The notes under the pieces are model-generated. The model did not search any database, was not told the origin of the DNA, and saw nothing but the letters and a program-made list of their open reading frames with translations. The translations under genes were made by a program, and so were the position numbers. 64,000 nt of DNA, from contig CBFIJH010000005.1 in NCBI GenBank assembly GCA_965662895.1, forward strand, positions 32,001 to 96,000, in the 5' to 3' direction. This document shows positions 9,963 through 19,291 of the stretch, piece after piece. The DNA comes from Candidatus Poseidoniaceae archaeon. Lineage in GTDB: Archaea > Thermoplasmatota > Poseidoniia > Poseidoniales > Poseidoniaceae. Every line of letters starts with the position of its first letter. Position 1 is the first letter of the stretch.

Positions 9963-10571
9963 ATGTCTGAAGAAACGCAACTTTTGATTCCACTTGAACT
10001 CTATGAAGAATCTGGTGCGAACATTGGAACAAAGCAAAAGAGTGCAGACATGGGTCGATTCATCGATACCGTCAACTCCGATGGTCTGTACCTTCTCAAC
10101 CTCAATCAAACCGACAGCAGGATTCGAATTATTGCCTCCTTCCTGAATCAATTTGAGCCATCACAAATCATGGTAGTATCTGCTCGACAGTACGGACAGC
10201 GTCCTGCTCGAATGTTTGCTGAAGCCATCGGTGCTCTCTCTGCAGTTGGTCGTTTTATTCCCGGAAGTCTCACCAACCCAGACCTCCGCTCCTACAAAGA
10301 ACCTGACGTTCTTTTCGTCACAGACCCTGCATCAGACCAACAATCGCTTCGCGAAGCGGTCAACACAGGTCTGCCGATTGTTGGGCTTGTTGATGCAAAC
10401 AACAAGCTACGAAACGTCGATGTTGCTCTCCCTGCAAACAACAAGAGCCGACATTCTCTTGCACTCATTTATTGGCTCCTCTCGCGAGAAGTCCTCAAAC
10501 TCCGTGGAGCAACCACTGACGAAGCATGGGCAGAAGCCAACGATCTTGAGGACTGGAAGTCAACCTTCTGA
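9963..10571 (+). CDS. rps2: 30S ribosomal protein S2 (archaeal type)
   Basis: IGTKQK, GRFIPGSLTNP, EPDVLFVTDP, PANNK motifs. Confidence 0.96.
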   Translation: MSEETQLLIPLELYEESGANIGTKQKSADMGRFIDTVNSDGLYLLNLNQTDSRIRIIASFLNQFEPSQIMVVSARQYGQRPARMFAEAIGALSAVGRFIPGSLTNPDLRSYKEPDVLFVTDPASDQQSLREAVNTGLPIVGLVDANNKLRNVDVALPANNKSRHSLALIYWLLSREVLKLRGATTDEAWAEANDLEDWKSTF

Positions 10572-11594
10572 GATTGGCTTCAGGAAGTCAGAAATCGCTT
10601 GCGCAGATTCGTTAACATCTGAAAGTTCGTGCATCAGTGTTCGAACGGATTTTGCTCCGGGTAGACCTTTTGAAAATGCAATCGCATGACGTTGCATTGT
10701 TTGTTTTGCAAGTCCTGTTGTTTCTCGACAGAGTGCAACATAGCGATCCCAACACCATCGACGTGAAGCAAATGCTCTTGAGGTCTCTGACATTGTTTCC
10801 CACGAATCTTGATGCTGTTTCACCCAGGGCAATTCCTCTTCTTCCAACCATCCAAGACCTACCTTGATTCGTGCAAAAATATCGGGGCGTCCAATTGCCG
10901 CTCGGCCAATCATGAGTCCTGAAGCGTTGGTAGCCTCCAAGCATCGTCGTGCACTCTCTGCATTGGTGATGTCTCCATTTGCAACGACTGGAACGTCCAC
11001 CGATTGAACAGCTGTTTCAATCGTCTTCCAGTCAGCAATTCCGGAATATCGTTGCCTGAGTGTCCGACCATGGATGCACAAGCGTTGAGCACCTACCTTC
11101 TCGAGCGATTGACAGATATGAACCGCATTGTTTGGGCCTTGGCCGGTACCAAGTCGCATTTTTGCAGTGACGGGAACATCAACAGCATCAACAATATTTT
11201 CAACCATTGAAACGAGTTTTTGAGGCTCTCCCATCAATGCTGCACCAGCGCAAATATTGGTAACCTTTGGAGCAGGGCACCCAAAATTCAAATCGATGAC
11301 ATCTGCAGAATCTTGAAGCATTGTCGCCGCTTTGACCATATCACTGATTTCGCCTCCAAAGATTTGAGGAATGAACGGTTGTTCCCTTGGATCTGATTCC
11401 ATTTTTCTCCATGAGGTTGTTGCTTCCCGGCTCAATGCTGTACTGTTCGTAAATTCTGTAATCGTTATGTCCGCGCCACATTCCTTTGCTAACAGACGAT
11501 AAGGAAGGTCTGAGACTCCTGCCATTGGAGCGAGATAGAGTGGTCTCTGCTCACCAGACCAGGGCTCATAGGTCTCGAAACCGACGCCACTCAT
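10560..11594 (-). CDS. dusB: tRNA-dihydrouridine synthase (DusB-like)
   Basis: LAPMAGVSD, IDLNFGCP, GAALM, IHGRT, ANGDI, MIGRAA. Confidence 0.9.
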   Translation of the reverse strand: MSGVGFETYEPWSGEQRPLYLAPMAGVSDLPYRLLAKECGADITITEFTNSTALSREATTSWRKMESDPREQPFIPQIFGGEISDMVKAATMLQDSADVIDLNFGCPAPKVTNICAGAALMGEPQKLVSMVENIVDAVDVPVTAKMRLGTGQGPNNAVHICQSLEKVGAQRLCIHGRTLRQRYSGIADWKTIETAVQSVDVPVVANGDITNAESARRCLEATNASGLMIGRAAIGRPDIFARIKVGLGWLEEEELPWVKQHQDSWETMSETSRAFASRRWCWDRYVALCRETTGLAKQTMQRHAIAFSKGLPGAKSVRTLMHELSDVNESAQAISDFLKPISEG

Positions 11595-12706
11595 CGTTCA
11601 TCGCCCGTTGTCAAGACCTCTTCAATCATCGTGCCGACTCGTCGTATTCTTCGTAACAAACGGTCGAGGCGAGCCATCATGTTCTGTTTGGAATCTGAGA
11701 TTGTGTTCCCAACCAGACGGTATCCGAGAGGCAAGCGACCTCCGAGTAGGTTGAGCAACAACATTTGATCTGCAGCATTGATGCCCACCATCGCCCGTTG
11801 AACGTCTTCGATGGTGAGTTTTCCCTTGTTCAAAGGCCTCAGCAAAGCGTTGTGATTTTCCTCAGGAATCAGACGCATGAAACCTCCTTTCTTCAAGAGC
11901 CAATCCTCTCCTCGCCGTTGATGCTGAGTCATCATTGCGGACCAAAGGGCAGAAGCGAGCCGGTCGGTTCGAGGAATTCGTTCAACAAGCCCACATGCTC
12001 GGAATCGCTCAAGAATGCGTCCAAGTCGAGCCTTTTGCCCTCCAAACTTCTCATGAGCATCGTCCAATGAGATGGGTGAATCAGTGTTGAGAAGAAGGCC
12101 GAACAGTTGTTCTGAGACAGAACCTGCAAGGATTTCATGACCTGGGCGGTCTCCAAGCAATCCAAAATCAGCCATCCACTGGGTTACGTCGGAAGCACCC
12201 TCCGTTGCGGGACGATAATCAATAATGTTGAGATTGAGGGGAAGTTGCGATTCTTCAGCAAGTTCATTTTCGAGTGTGATTCCCTCACGGTTCCAATTCG
12301 ATTGAAGAAGATCCATCTTGTGTTCGAGAATCAAACGATACTGAGCAAAGCACAATTCCAGTGCTTGCGTTAATCCTCCACCCCTGAGAATGTACGTTCG
12401 CCAACCTTTCCCTTCATTGGTATAGGAGAGCAAACCAGATTGGCTCAACCGAGAAAGGTGATGATTCAATGCAGCAGGCGTCATCGCAAGTTCGTCCGAC
12501 AACGCCTGTGCATCCCATGAAGATTGAGGATGCAAAAAGAAATGGTCTCGTAACATACGGTGTATAGGTGATGCAAAACCGTAATCCGCAGTAGCATCAC
12601 CTTTTCGACGGACAAAACAAAACGACTCCACAAACCAACCAATCAATCGATCGATTGAACGGTCTGTGGTCGGCATTGGAAGTTCTTCCAACTTGACATT
12701 AAGCAT
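11591..12706 (-). CDS. Tandem winged-helix (ArsR-like) protein with internal duplication
   Basis: LSDELAMTPAALNHHLSRLSQSGLL and a second unit ISLDDAHEKFGGQKARLGRILERFRACGLVE. Confidence 0.65.
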   Translation of the reverse strand: MLNVKLEELPMPTTDRSIDRLIGWFVESFCFVRRKGDATADYGFASPIHRMLRDHFFLHPQSSWDAQALSDELAMTPAALNHHLSRLSQSGLLSYTNEGKGWRTYILRGGGLTQALELCFAQYRLILEHKMDLLQSNWNREGITLENELAEESQLPLNLNIIDYRPATEGASDVTQWMADFGLLGDRPGHEILAGSVSEQLFGLLLNTDSPISLDDAHEKFGGQKARLGRILERFRACGLVERIPRTDRLASALWSAMMTQHQRRGEDWLLKKGGFMRLIPEENHNALLRPLNKGKLTIEDVQRAMVGINAADQMLLLNLLGGRLPLGYRLVGNTISDSKQNMMARLDRLLRRIRRVGTMIEEVLTTGDER

Positions 12707-12770
12707 ACTCTTGTACAATCGGCGATGGTCTTTGAATCCTGTGCAACAATTGCTTTACAGAAAGGGAAAG

Positions 12771-13439
12771 TTATGCCTGAGCCCGACGCCCATCACTCCA
12801 ATGATAGGTCAAACGTTCCGATCTTCGGAAGGTGTCGATTTGGATGTGCGAGGCAAGATTGAGTACGTCCTGCCGTAAAATCCCTCGTCGTCGCAGAACC
12901 TTGACCGCTGAATGAACGGTTGCCCGTGTTCGTCCAATTCGTCGTGCAAGTTGTGCTTGTGACCGAGGAATCCCTCCTTCGAGAATATCATCGATGACTT
13001 GCCTTTGAACTGTTGAGAGGCCAATCGGAAGACTTGATGCCATACGTTCTTGGTCGGTTGAAGCTGATTGAAGGATTTCAACCTGAGCCGGTCCACCAGC
13101 GAAGTAACAGGTTCGTCCATTGACAGGCATAACAGTGATTTTTCCACTGCTTTGCATGACATCCAAATGGTGGCGAAGTGTTCCATTCGCAGCACTCAAT
13201 TCGTGTTGAAGTTCTCTGTAACACAGGCCTGGATGGCGCTCAAGCGTTCGTAAGACTCTCGTTCGGAATGGATGTTCGCTTGATTGTCGTTTGGTCGAAA
13301 TACCACCAAAAGCGAAAGCCGTTGCAGCAGATGCCATGGCCGCTAGAGCTTGTGCAATTCCAGCAAGACCGCCTGCTGCACCAGCGATTCCTGCCGCCAG
13401 CCAAGGGCGTTCACGAACCCACTGCGTGAGAAGTGCCAT
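12771..13439 (-). CDS. Double winged-helix transcription regulator with hydrophobic N-terminus
   Basis: HPGLCYRELQHELSAANGTLRHHL and SQAQLARRIGRTRATVHSAVKVLRRRGIL. Confidence 0.75.
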   Translation of the reverse strand: MALLTQWVRERPWLAAGIAGAAGGLAGIAQALAAMASAATAFAFGGISTKRQSSEHPFRTRVLRTLERHPGLCYRELQHELSAANGTLRHHLDVMQSSGKITVMPVNGRTCYFAGGPAQVEILQSASTDQERMASSLPIGLSTVQRQVIDDILEGGIPRSQAQLARRIGRTRATVHSAVKVLRRRGILRQDVLNLASHIQIDTFRRSERLTYHWSDGRRAQA

Positions 13440-13486
13440 ACATCGAACATGACCTCTTGGTATCTTAATGCATCGCATTGATGTAT

Positions 13487-13942
13487 CTAAGCGCCAACGA
13501 TGGAGCCTTGATGAATTTTCATGAACGCAACCAAAGGAGAGAGAAGTCTCCCACAGGTCATACCATGATTCGATAATCGATAGGTTACACGAACAGGAGG
13601 GCCATCGTTGACAATCCTTTCAACAAGTCCTTTCTCGGCAAGATAGCGGAGTTTATCGGACAGTGTTCGTGAAGATATACCTTTGAGAAGGTGCTTCATT
13701 TCATTAAATCGGCGATCGCCTGCAATGTAGAGCGTTGATAGGATTTCAATCGTCCATCGTGAACCAAAGACGTTGAGTGCTTCAACGGCAGCATCGACTT
13801 CCCAATTGAGGTTGAATTGACCTTGGCCGGAGTGGTCTTCGAGCAAGGAACGAATGGAACCTCCATTTTGGATTGTTTCACTGATCTTGTCACTCACAAT
13901 CTTGAGTTCAGTTGCAGGAAGCACCATCGGAGGTTCTGGCAT
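13487..13942 (-). CDS. HxlR-family transcription regulator
   Basis: RWTIEIL, RRFNEM, GISSRTLSDKL, PPVRVTYRLS. Confidence 0.88.
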   Translation of the reverse strand: MPEPPMVLPATELKIVSDKISETIQNGGSIRSLLEDHSGQGQFNLNWEVDAAVEALNVFGSRWTIEILSTLYIAGDRRFNEMKHLLKGISSRTLSDKLRYLAEKGLVERIVNDGPPVRVTYRLSNHGMTCGRLLSPLVAFMKIHQGSIVGA

Positions 13943-14007
13943 GATAACCCGATTCCTTTCCAATACTTGATTTCTTTTCAACACCAAAGGGAACAACGAG
14001 TGAAAAC

Positions 14008-14124
14008 CTAACTCATTTCACACGAGGCTTCCAATTCTCTTCTTCGATCGAGGGTAGCATTTTTGCATGTGAAAATGCCACAAGATCCCACAAATATCGT
14101 AAACAGGATGAAACCAAGGTCCAT
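14008..14124 (-). CDS. Possible 38-aa membrane microprotein
   Basis: MDLGFILFTIFVGSCGIFTCKNATLDRRRELEASCEMS: hydrophobic N-terminus and charged tail filling an intergenic gap. Confidence 0.3.
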   Translation of the reverse strand: MDLGFILFTIFVGSCGIFTCKNATLDRRRELEASCEMS

Positions 14125-14240
14125 GACAAAATAGAATTGTACGTCAGTGTATAATTTGTCTGAAACACTGTTTTCGATCCAAGAATTGAACAAAACGTAG
14201 GAGCGTATGATTCATGAACGGTTTGCCAGTCGTTGGCAGT

Positions 14241-16316
14241 ATGAAGGCTGTCGAAAACGTCGCAATCATCGGTGCAGGAAACATGGGTTCTGGAATTGCA
14301 CAGAAAAGTGCACAAGAAGGATTCAACGTACAAATGGTCGATCGAGAACCTCAGTATGTTGCTCGTGGTCGTTCCATCATCGAGAACTTCCTCCAAGAAG
14401 CTATTGAGCGTCGGATCTTTTCACAAGACGAAGTTGATGCCACACTCGGCCGAATTGCAGATGTTGTCGGAACAGAAAACACTGCTGCGGAAACGGACCT
14501 TGTGATCGAGGCAGTGTTCGAAGATTTTGACATCAAAACATCCGTTTTTTCAACACTCGATGAAGTCTGCGATGAGGGGACCATTCTTGCATCAAACACT
14601 TCCTCTCTTTCTGTTAATGCCCTTGCTGAAGCAACGGGGCGACCAGATCGCTTTGTTGGCCTGCATTTCTTTTATCATCCAGCGAAGAATCGGTTGATAG
14701 AGGTCATTCCCGCAGAAACCACTTCCAAAGATACGCTTGATCGAACCGTTCAGTATTGTCGAACGCTTGGAAAAGTTGTGATTGTATGCAAGGATCGACC
14801 AGGATTCGTCGTCAACCGATTTTTTGTTCCATGGTTGAATGAAGCATGCTTGCTGCTTCAAGAAGGCGTTGCAACGGCAGCACAAATCGATGCTATTTCA
14901 TGCAAAGCGTTCCGCATCGGCCTCGGTCCATTTGGTTTGATGAACCTCACAGGTCCTCCAATTGCTTTGCATTCGACCGATTACCTTGCTGAACAGCTCA
15001 ATACGCCACGATACAATGGGGCACAGAACCTTCGCAATCTCGTTGCGGAGAATGCAATGTGGCCAATTGAAGATGAATCTGAATACACAGAGGACCAGTA
15101 TACAACAGTCTCTGAGCGTCTTTTGGGCGTTGTCTTCGGAGTTGCAGCACAAATTGTTGAGGAAGGCATCTGTTCGATGGAAGATGTTGACCGAGGTGCG
15201 AAGGTTGGTCTGCGATGGGCACGAGGTCCATTCGAGATGATGAATCGAATTGGTGTTGATGAAGCCTACCGAATGGCACAAGCGTACCAATCGCTCGCTG
15301 GTGATGCGTGGACCTTACCCTCTTTCTTTGAGAACCAATCTGATGCTTCACGAAACTGGGAATTCTCCTACGTCGATTCCTCTGTTGAAGACGGAATCGC
15401 AACCATCACCATCAATCGTCCTGAAGCTATGAATGCTCTGAACGAAGTCGTCGTGGCCCAACTTACGGAAGCGGTGAAAGTGGCAAACTCCGACAGTAAT
15501 GTTTCGACCATTGTTCTCGATGGTGCAGGTAAAGCCTTCGTTGCAGGTGCGGATGTGAAATTCTTTGTCGATAAGATCCGTTCTGATGACATTCCAGACA
15601 TCGAAACCTTCACCGAGAATGGTCACGTTCTGCTTGCAGCGCTTGAGGATTCAACGAAGACGACGATTGCGCTAACCACAGGGCTTGCCCTTGGTGGAGG
15701 ATTGGAACTTGCGCTTGCTTGCGACTATCGAATTGGAACCCGACGCACACAGTTCAGGTTCCCAGAGACCAGCATTGGTATTTATCCAGCGCTTGGTGGG
15801 ACCCAACGCCCTGCTAGAATAGCGGGTCGTGAACTCGGACGGTGGGCCGTTCTTGCTGGAAACTTCATGAATGCAGAAACGGCCACTGACCTTGGTCTTG
15901 TTACGCACCTTGTGAACATCAACGATGTCCCAAATTGCATCCAAGACCTTCATGCATCAGGAAAACCGGAAAATAAGTATCCTGGCAAACCAATGAATGA
16001 AAACAGTCCAGTGGTCAAGTTTGCAAAGAAATTCTTCTCAGATGGAAACATGACTGCCTTGCTTGCAGGAAGTTGCCCAGATGGCTTTGATGCAGAGGAT
16101 AAGACGGTAGCACGTCAGCTGAAATCTCTCAAATTTACTGCTCCAATCGGATTAGCGATGGCAAGTGAGCGAATCGATGCGACAGCATCGATGTCCCTCG
16201 ATGAGGGTTTACAACTCGAATTGCAAGGTTTGGACCGGATCTTCTCAACCGAGGACGCACTCGAAGGCCTCAGTGCCTTGATTGAAGGACGTAGAGCAAC
16301 CTACAAGAACGCCTAA
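14241..16316 (+). CDS. 3-hydroxyacyl-CoA dehydrogenase / enoyl-CoA hydratase fusion
   Basis: IGAGNMGSGIA, IEAVFE, ASNTSSL, GLHFFYHP; C-terminal crotonase AFVAGAD, GGGLELALACD, PET. Confidence 0.93.
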   Translation: MKAVENVAIIGAGNMGSGIAQKSAQEGFNVQMVDREPQYVARGRSIIENFLQEAIERRIFSQDEVDATLGRIADVVGTENTAAETDLVIEAVFEDFDIKTSVFSTLDEVCDEGTILASNTSSLSVNALAEATGRPDRFVGLHFFYHPAKNRLIEVIPAETTSKDTLDRTVQYCRTLGKVVIVCKDRPGFVVNRFFVPWLNEACLLLQEGVATAAQIDAISCKAFRIGLGPFGLMNLTGPPIALHSTDYLAEQLNTPRYNGAQNLRNLVAENAMWPIEDESEYTEDQYTTVSERLLGVVFGVAAQIVEEGICSMEDVDRGAKVGLRWARGPFEMMNRIGVDEAYRMAQAYQSLAGDAWTLPSFFENQSDASRNWEFSYVDSSVEDGIATITINRPEAMNALNEVVVAQLTEAVKVANSDSNVSTIVLDGAGKAFVAGADVKFFVDKIRSDDIPDIETFTENGHVLLAALEDSTKTTIALTTGLALGGGLELALACDYRIGTRRTQFRFPETSIGIYPALGGTQRPARIAGRELGRWAVLAGNFMNAETATDLGLVTHLVNINDVPNCIQDLHASGKPENKYPGKPMNENSPVVKFAKKFFSDGNMTALLAGSCPDGFDAEDKTVARQLKSLKFTAPIGLAMASERIDATASMSLDEGLQLELQGLDRIFSTEDALEGLSALIEGRRATYKNA

Positions 16317-16555
16317 ACCCAACACGATTGCATCTTTTTGATGGATTCAACGATTTTCTCCAAATCGATGGATTCTTGTTGCTGTTGTGCAAAAAGTATA
16401 CGATTTTCAACAGCTTCAATAAGTTCGTTGCCCGGTATCTCGCCCAACATATCTGTCAGAACCTCCTTCAAGGATTTTGATTGACCTCGAAGAATAGCGA
16501 TATGCGCTTTCAATTCTTCTTCATCGTCTCGTGGCGCTCGCACATTGGACGTCAA
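16313..16555 (-). CDS. Small helical hypothetical protein (80 aa), coupled to the JAB gene
   Basis: TTG start overlaps the upstream TGA and is preceded by SD GAGGTGAT. Confidence 0.65.
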   Translation of the reverse strand: MTSNVRAPRDDEEELKAHIAILRGQSKSLKEVLTDMLGEIPGNELIEAVENRILFAQQQQESIDLEKIVESIKKMQSCWV

Positions 16556-17094
16556 ACAATCACCTCGATTGGTTCGGATTGGCGTTGTGCGTACCACTGA
16601 TCCCAAGGAACAACTTCTTCCTCTGTCCAGTGCTTTAACGGTCCTTCTTGTCCAATCGATTGGATGCCTTCAGGACCAATGTTTCGACTCTGCTTGATAC
16701 CAGGTGCACCGAGAACGAGTGCAGAAGTAAGGATTCCTTGTGCAATGGCAAGGCTGTTTTTGTCGGTACCACTCCAATACGCTTGGAATCCTGGATGGGT
16801 GTGAACCCATACTCTGAATGGAGCCATCATTCCGACCGGAGGTCGAAGCGGGACTCGGCCAGGCGAGCCCCAATCGATCTGAATCTCTCCATTTGCATCG
16901 ATGAGCACAGAGGTTTCAAGTCCAGCAATCAAGGAGAGATTGTACACCAAATCCCATCGTCCGTGTTGAGCAGCGCTTCGTTGGACATCGAGGACATCAT
17001 CGGATTCAACGGCTTGGGCTTCAGCCTGGATGCATGCTCTCATCCACTGTTCGTAGGTAATGCCTATGGATGCAAGATTCATCACTGGAATCAT
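16552..17094 (-). CDS. JAB/MPN+ (JAMM)-like metalloisopeptidase
   Basis: E...WVHTHPGFQAYWSGTD matches E-xn-HxH-x7-S-x2-D; ATGA overlap with the ThiF stop. Confidence 0.75.
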   Translation of the reverse strand: MIPVMNLASIGITYEQWMRACIQAEAQAVESDDVLDVQRSAAQHGRWDLVYNLSLIAGLETSVLIDANGEIQIDWGSPGRVPLRPPVGMMAPFRVWVHTHPGFQAYWSGTDKNSLAIAQGILTSALVLGAPGIKQSRNIGPEGIQSIGQEGPLKHWTEEEVVPWDQWYAQRQSEPIEVIV

Positions 17095-17720
17095 GCCTTC
17101 ACCTCAGGAAACTTGAGTTCACCAAACACGATACTCGACATTCGTTCTCGAAGTGGTGGTTGATTTCTCAGTTGTCCAACAAGCCATGTCGCAGCAGCAG
17201 CAGCAGCGTTCACAAATCCGAATTGGATGTTTCCAGCATCGATTGCACCTTTGATTTGACAACTCGCAGGCTCATGGTCCGGCGTCATCATCCGAACGAG
17301 GTTTTCATCCGATTCGTTCGTGAAATAAACATGCCCATCGCCGGTTGATCGCAAGTCAATCCAGGGCACGTTTGTTGCGTGAACAAGCCTTCGAGGCTCT
17401 GGTCTGTCAACGCCGATGATGATGTAATCATAGCCTTCCAATTGTTCCGCTGTTCTCAGATTTTCGGTTTGAGAATGGCAATGGACGTTTGAAAGAGTAG
17501 CAAATTTAGAAACAAGTGAAGAAGTCTTGAATTTCCCAACATCGTTTTGGGAGAATCGTTGGTGCCCGAGATTCGATTCTTCAACTGTATCTCCATCCAT
17601 GATTGTAATGGAGCATTTTTGATTTATTTTTTCGAGCGCTGGAACAATTAAATCGAAGGCGAATCCTCCAATTCCACCTGCTCCAACAATCAATATTTTC
17701 GGCATAGGCTCTGCTGTCAT
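17091..17720 (-). CDS. ThiF/MoeB/E1-family adenylyltransferase
   Basis: IVGAGGIG, MDGDTVEESNLGHQ, VGKFK, GVD; late Cys in EPASC; no CxxC zinc pairs. Confidence 0.85.
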   Translation of the reverse strand: MTAEPMPKILIVGAGGIGGFAFDLIVPALEKINQKCSITIMDGDTVEESNLGHQRFSQNDVGKFKTSSLVSKFATLSNVHCHSQTENLRTAEQLEGYDYIIIGVDRPEPRRLVHATNVPWIDLRSTGDGHVYFTNESDENLVRMMTPDHEPASCQIKGAIDAGNIQFGFVNAAAAAATWLVGQLRNQPPLRERMSSIVFGELKFPEVKA

Positions 17721-17752
17721 GTTCATATCGAACATCAACAGTATATGAACGC

Positions 17753-18757
17753 TCAAGTTTGAATGATTGGGAGCTTTTTGACAGGGGGTGCAATACCCAA
17801 ATCCTCTGGGAAGTAAAGTTCTGCTTCAGGGATTGGAATTGGAACAATCTCTCGACCGATCAAAGCAACACGACTCGGGCGACTTTCTGAAAGGACCTCT
17901 CGGCTGACTTGAGGTGCAAGTTCGTTTGAGAACGAAAGAATGTCTTCGTGGCTTGGCATATTTTCCATGGAGAGGTTTTCTCGGCTATGACCAACATAGA
18001 CGTACCCCTTTGCTTCAATAAAGTCAGGATCGGCGCGGTTGTCGAGTTCTGCAAACTCATTGATGTGTGTTGATGACATATTGACGCCTTTCATGAGTGT
18101 GTGTCGGCAAACAATTCTCGTGTCAAGACTTGGCAGCAAGTCGATGGTTTTCTCGAATTGATCCCAAGCACCACTGTTCCACTTTGGTCGACATACATCA
18201 TCGAAGACTTGCTTGTTCGGCGCGTCAACAGAGACGTAGAGTTGCGTAGGAAGGGTATCAAGATTCTCGAGAACCTTCGGAAGCGTCCCATTGGTGACGA
18301 GCATTGTTGTCATCCCATGTTTGTGGCACAAGTCCATGTACTCCGCAAGTCGGGTGTAAAGCGTAGGTTCACCGTTGAGTGAGATTGCGACATGCTTCGG
18401 GTCTTGGGCTTCGAGGAATTTTTCTCTTGGAACCTTGTCGTTCCCACCAAAACCTGAGAGGAGTCGTCGTTGGGCACGTACGCTTTCATAGAGAAGCTCG
18501 AGTGGATCTTGATCCGTGAGCTCGAGGGTGTCCATGTGCGGTTCTCGCCAGCAGTATGTGCAGGCGAGATTGCATTGATCAACAACCGGTGACATTTGCA
18601 TGCACGTGTGGCTCTTTACACCGTAGAACGTACCTTTGTAACACGCTCGATCGCGGAGTAATGATTCTTTGGTCCAGTGACAGGTTTTGACTCCACCGTG
18701 TTCACCAACGATGTGATATCGTTGCTTCTGTAGTTTCGCTTTGAGTGCGGGATCCAT
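17753..18757 (-). CDS. taw1: 4-demethylwyosine synthase (radical SAM)
   Basis: VKTCHWT, CYKGTFYG, CNLACTYCWR, HVAISLNGEPT, FIEAKGY. Confidence 0.95.
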   Translation of the reverse strand: MDPALKAKLQKQRYHIVGEHGGVKTCHWTKESLLRDRACYKGTFYGVKSHTCMQMSPVVDQCNLACTYCWREPHMDTLELTDQDPLELLYESVRAQRRLLSGFGGNDKVPREKFLEAQDPKHVAISLNGEPTLYTRLAEYMDLCHKHGMTTMLVTNGTLPKVLENLDTLPTQLYVSVDAPNKQVFDDVCRPKWNSGAWDQFEKTIDLLPSLDTRIVCRHTLMKGVNMSSTHINEFAELDNRADPDFIEAKGYVYVGHSRENLSMENMPSHEDILSFSNELAPQVSREVLSESRPSRVALIGREIVPIPIPEAELYFPEDLGIAPPVKKLPIIQT

Positions 18758-18770
18758 ACCGATGGTTATT

Positions 18771-18845
18771 CCTCCTGAGGCCGGGTTCCACTGTCGCTGT
18801 GCGGTCGGGAGCGGCTCGGATGAGCCTCCCTCGGATGTTTTGTTC
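18771..18845. ncRNA. Candidate structured RNA or cis element upstream of taw1
   Basis: GC-rich 63-nt segment: TCC(T)GA/TCGGA enclosing GGCCG/CGGTC with CAC/GTG and GGGA-GGCTC/GAGCC-TCCC stems, then a T-rich tract. Confidence 0.4.
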
Positions 18846-18967
18846 TTGAATCGAACGGTTCGTCAAAGTGTAGTAAAATACATTTAATGTAAAAACTACA
18901 TCTATGTGTTGGCAAGTTTACCACGCCTTTGAATAGGTAGAGCACCAAAATAAGAGTGAGGATAACA

Positions 18968-19129
18968 ATGGATAACGAACTCCAAACATACACCGACCGA
19001 ATTATGGATCAACAAGAGTACCGTTCGGGGATTTTCTCGGACATGCTCTCACCGATTCTGAAAGCTATCGCTTCATTCCGGTTTTCTGCGAATGAACGTG
19101 CCGCCTTCAATACACGGAGGGAGAACTGA
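18968..19129 (+). CDS. Unannotated 53-aa microprotein (paralog A)
   Basis: MDNELQTYTDRIMDQQEYRSGIFSDMLSPILKAIASFRFSANERAAFNTRREN; SD-like GAGTGAGG; similar to the next ORF. Confidence 0.7.
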   Translation: MDNELQTYTDRIMDQQEYRSGIFSDMLSPILKAIASFRFSANERAAFNTRREN

Positions 19130-19249
19130 ATGGATCGAGAACTCGATACGTTTGTTGAGCGAGCCCTCGACAGTCAGGTGTACCGCAACGGTATTTCCTT
19201 CACGCCTGGTTTTTTTCAAAGGCTAGCCAAGATGTTTCGCCGTTCTTGA
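19130..19249 (+). CDS. Unannotated 39-aa microprotein (paralog B)
   Basis: MDRELDTFVERALDSQVYRNGISFTPGFFQRLAKMFRRS; SD GGAGGGAG; ATG directly after the previous TGA. Confidence 0.7.
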   Translation: MDRELDTFVERALDSQVYRNGISFTPGFFQRLAKMFRRS

Positions 19250-19291
19250 TTCAAAGGCAACGCATTTGAATCATGAGTCCTACGTTCCGAT

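Noticed and set aside
16313-16555. Ubiquitin-like/SAMP modifier
   Set aside because: No C-terminal Gly-Gly, and the sequence looks all-helical rather than beta-grasp
18779-18856. HDV-like ribozyme
   Set aside because: P1/P2/P3-like pairings exist, but the loop lacks the UCC-type consensus and the J4/2 segment would be far too long
18766-18993. 75-aa minus-strand ORF
   Set aside because: Crosses an AT-rich promoter region and the structured element and overlaps the better-supported + strand microprotein
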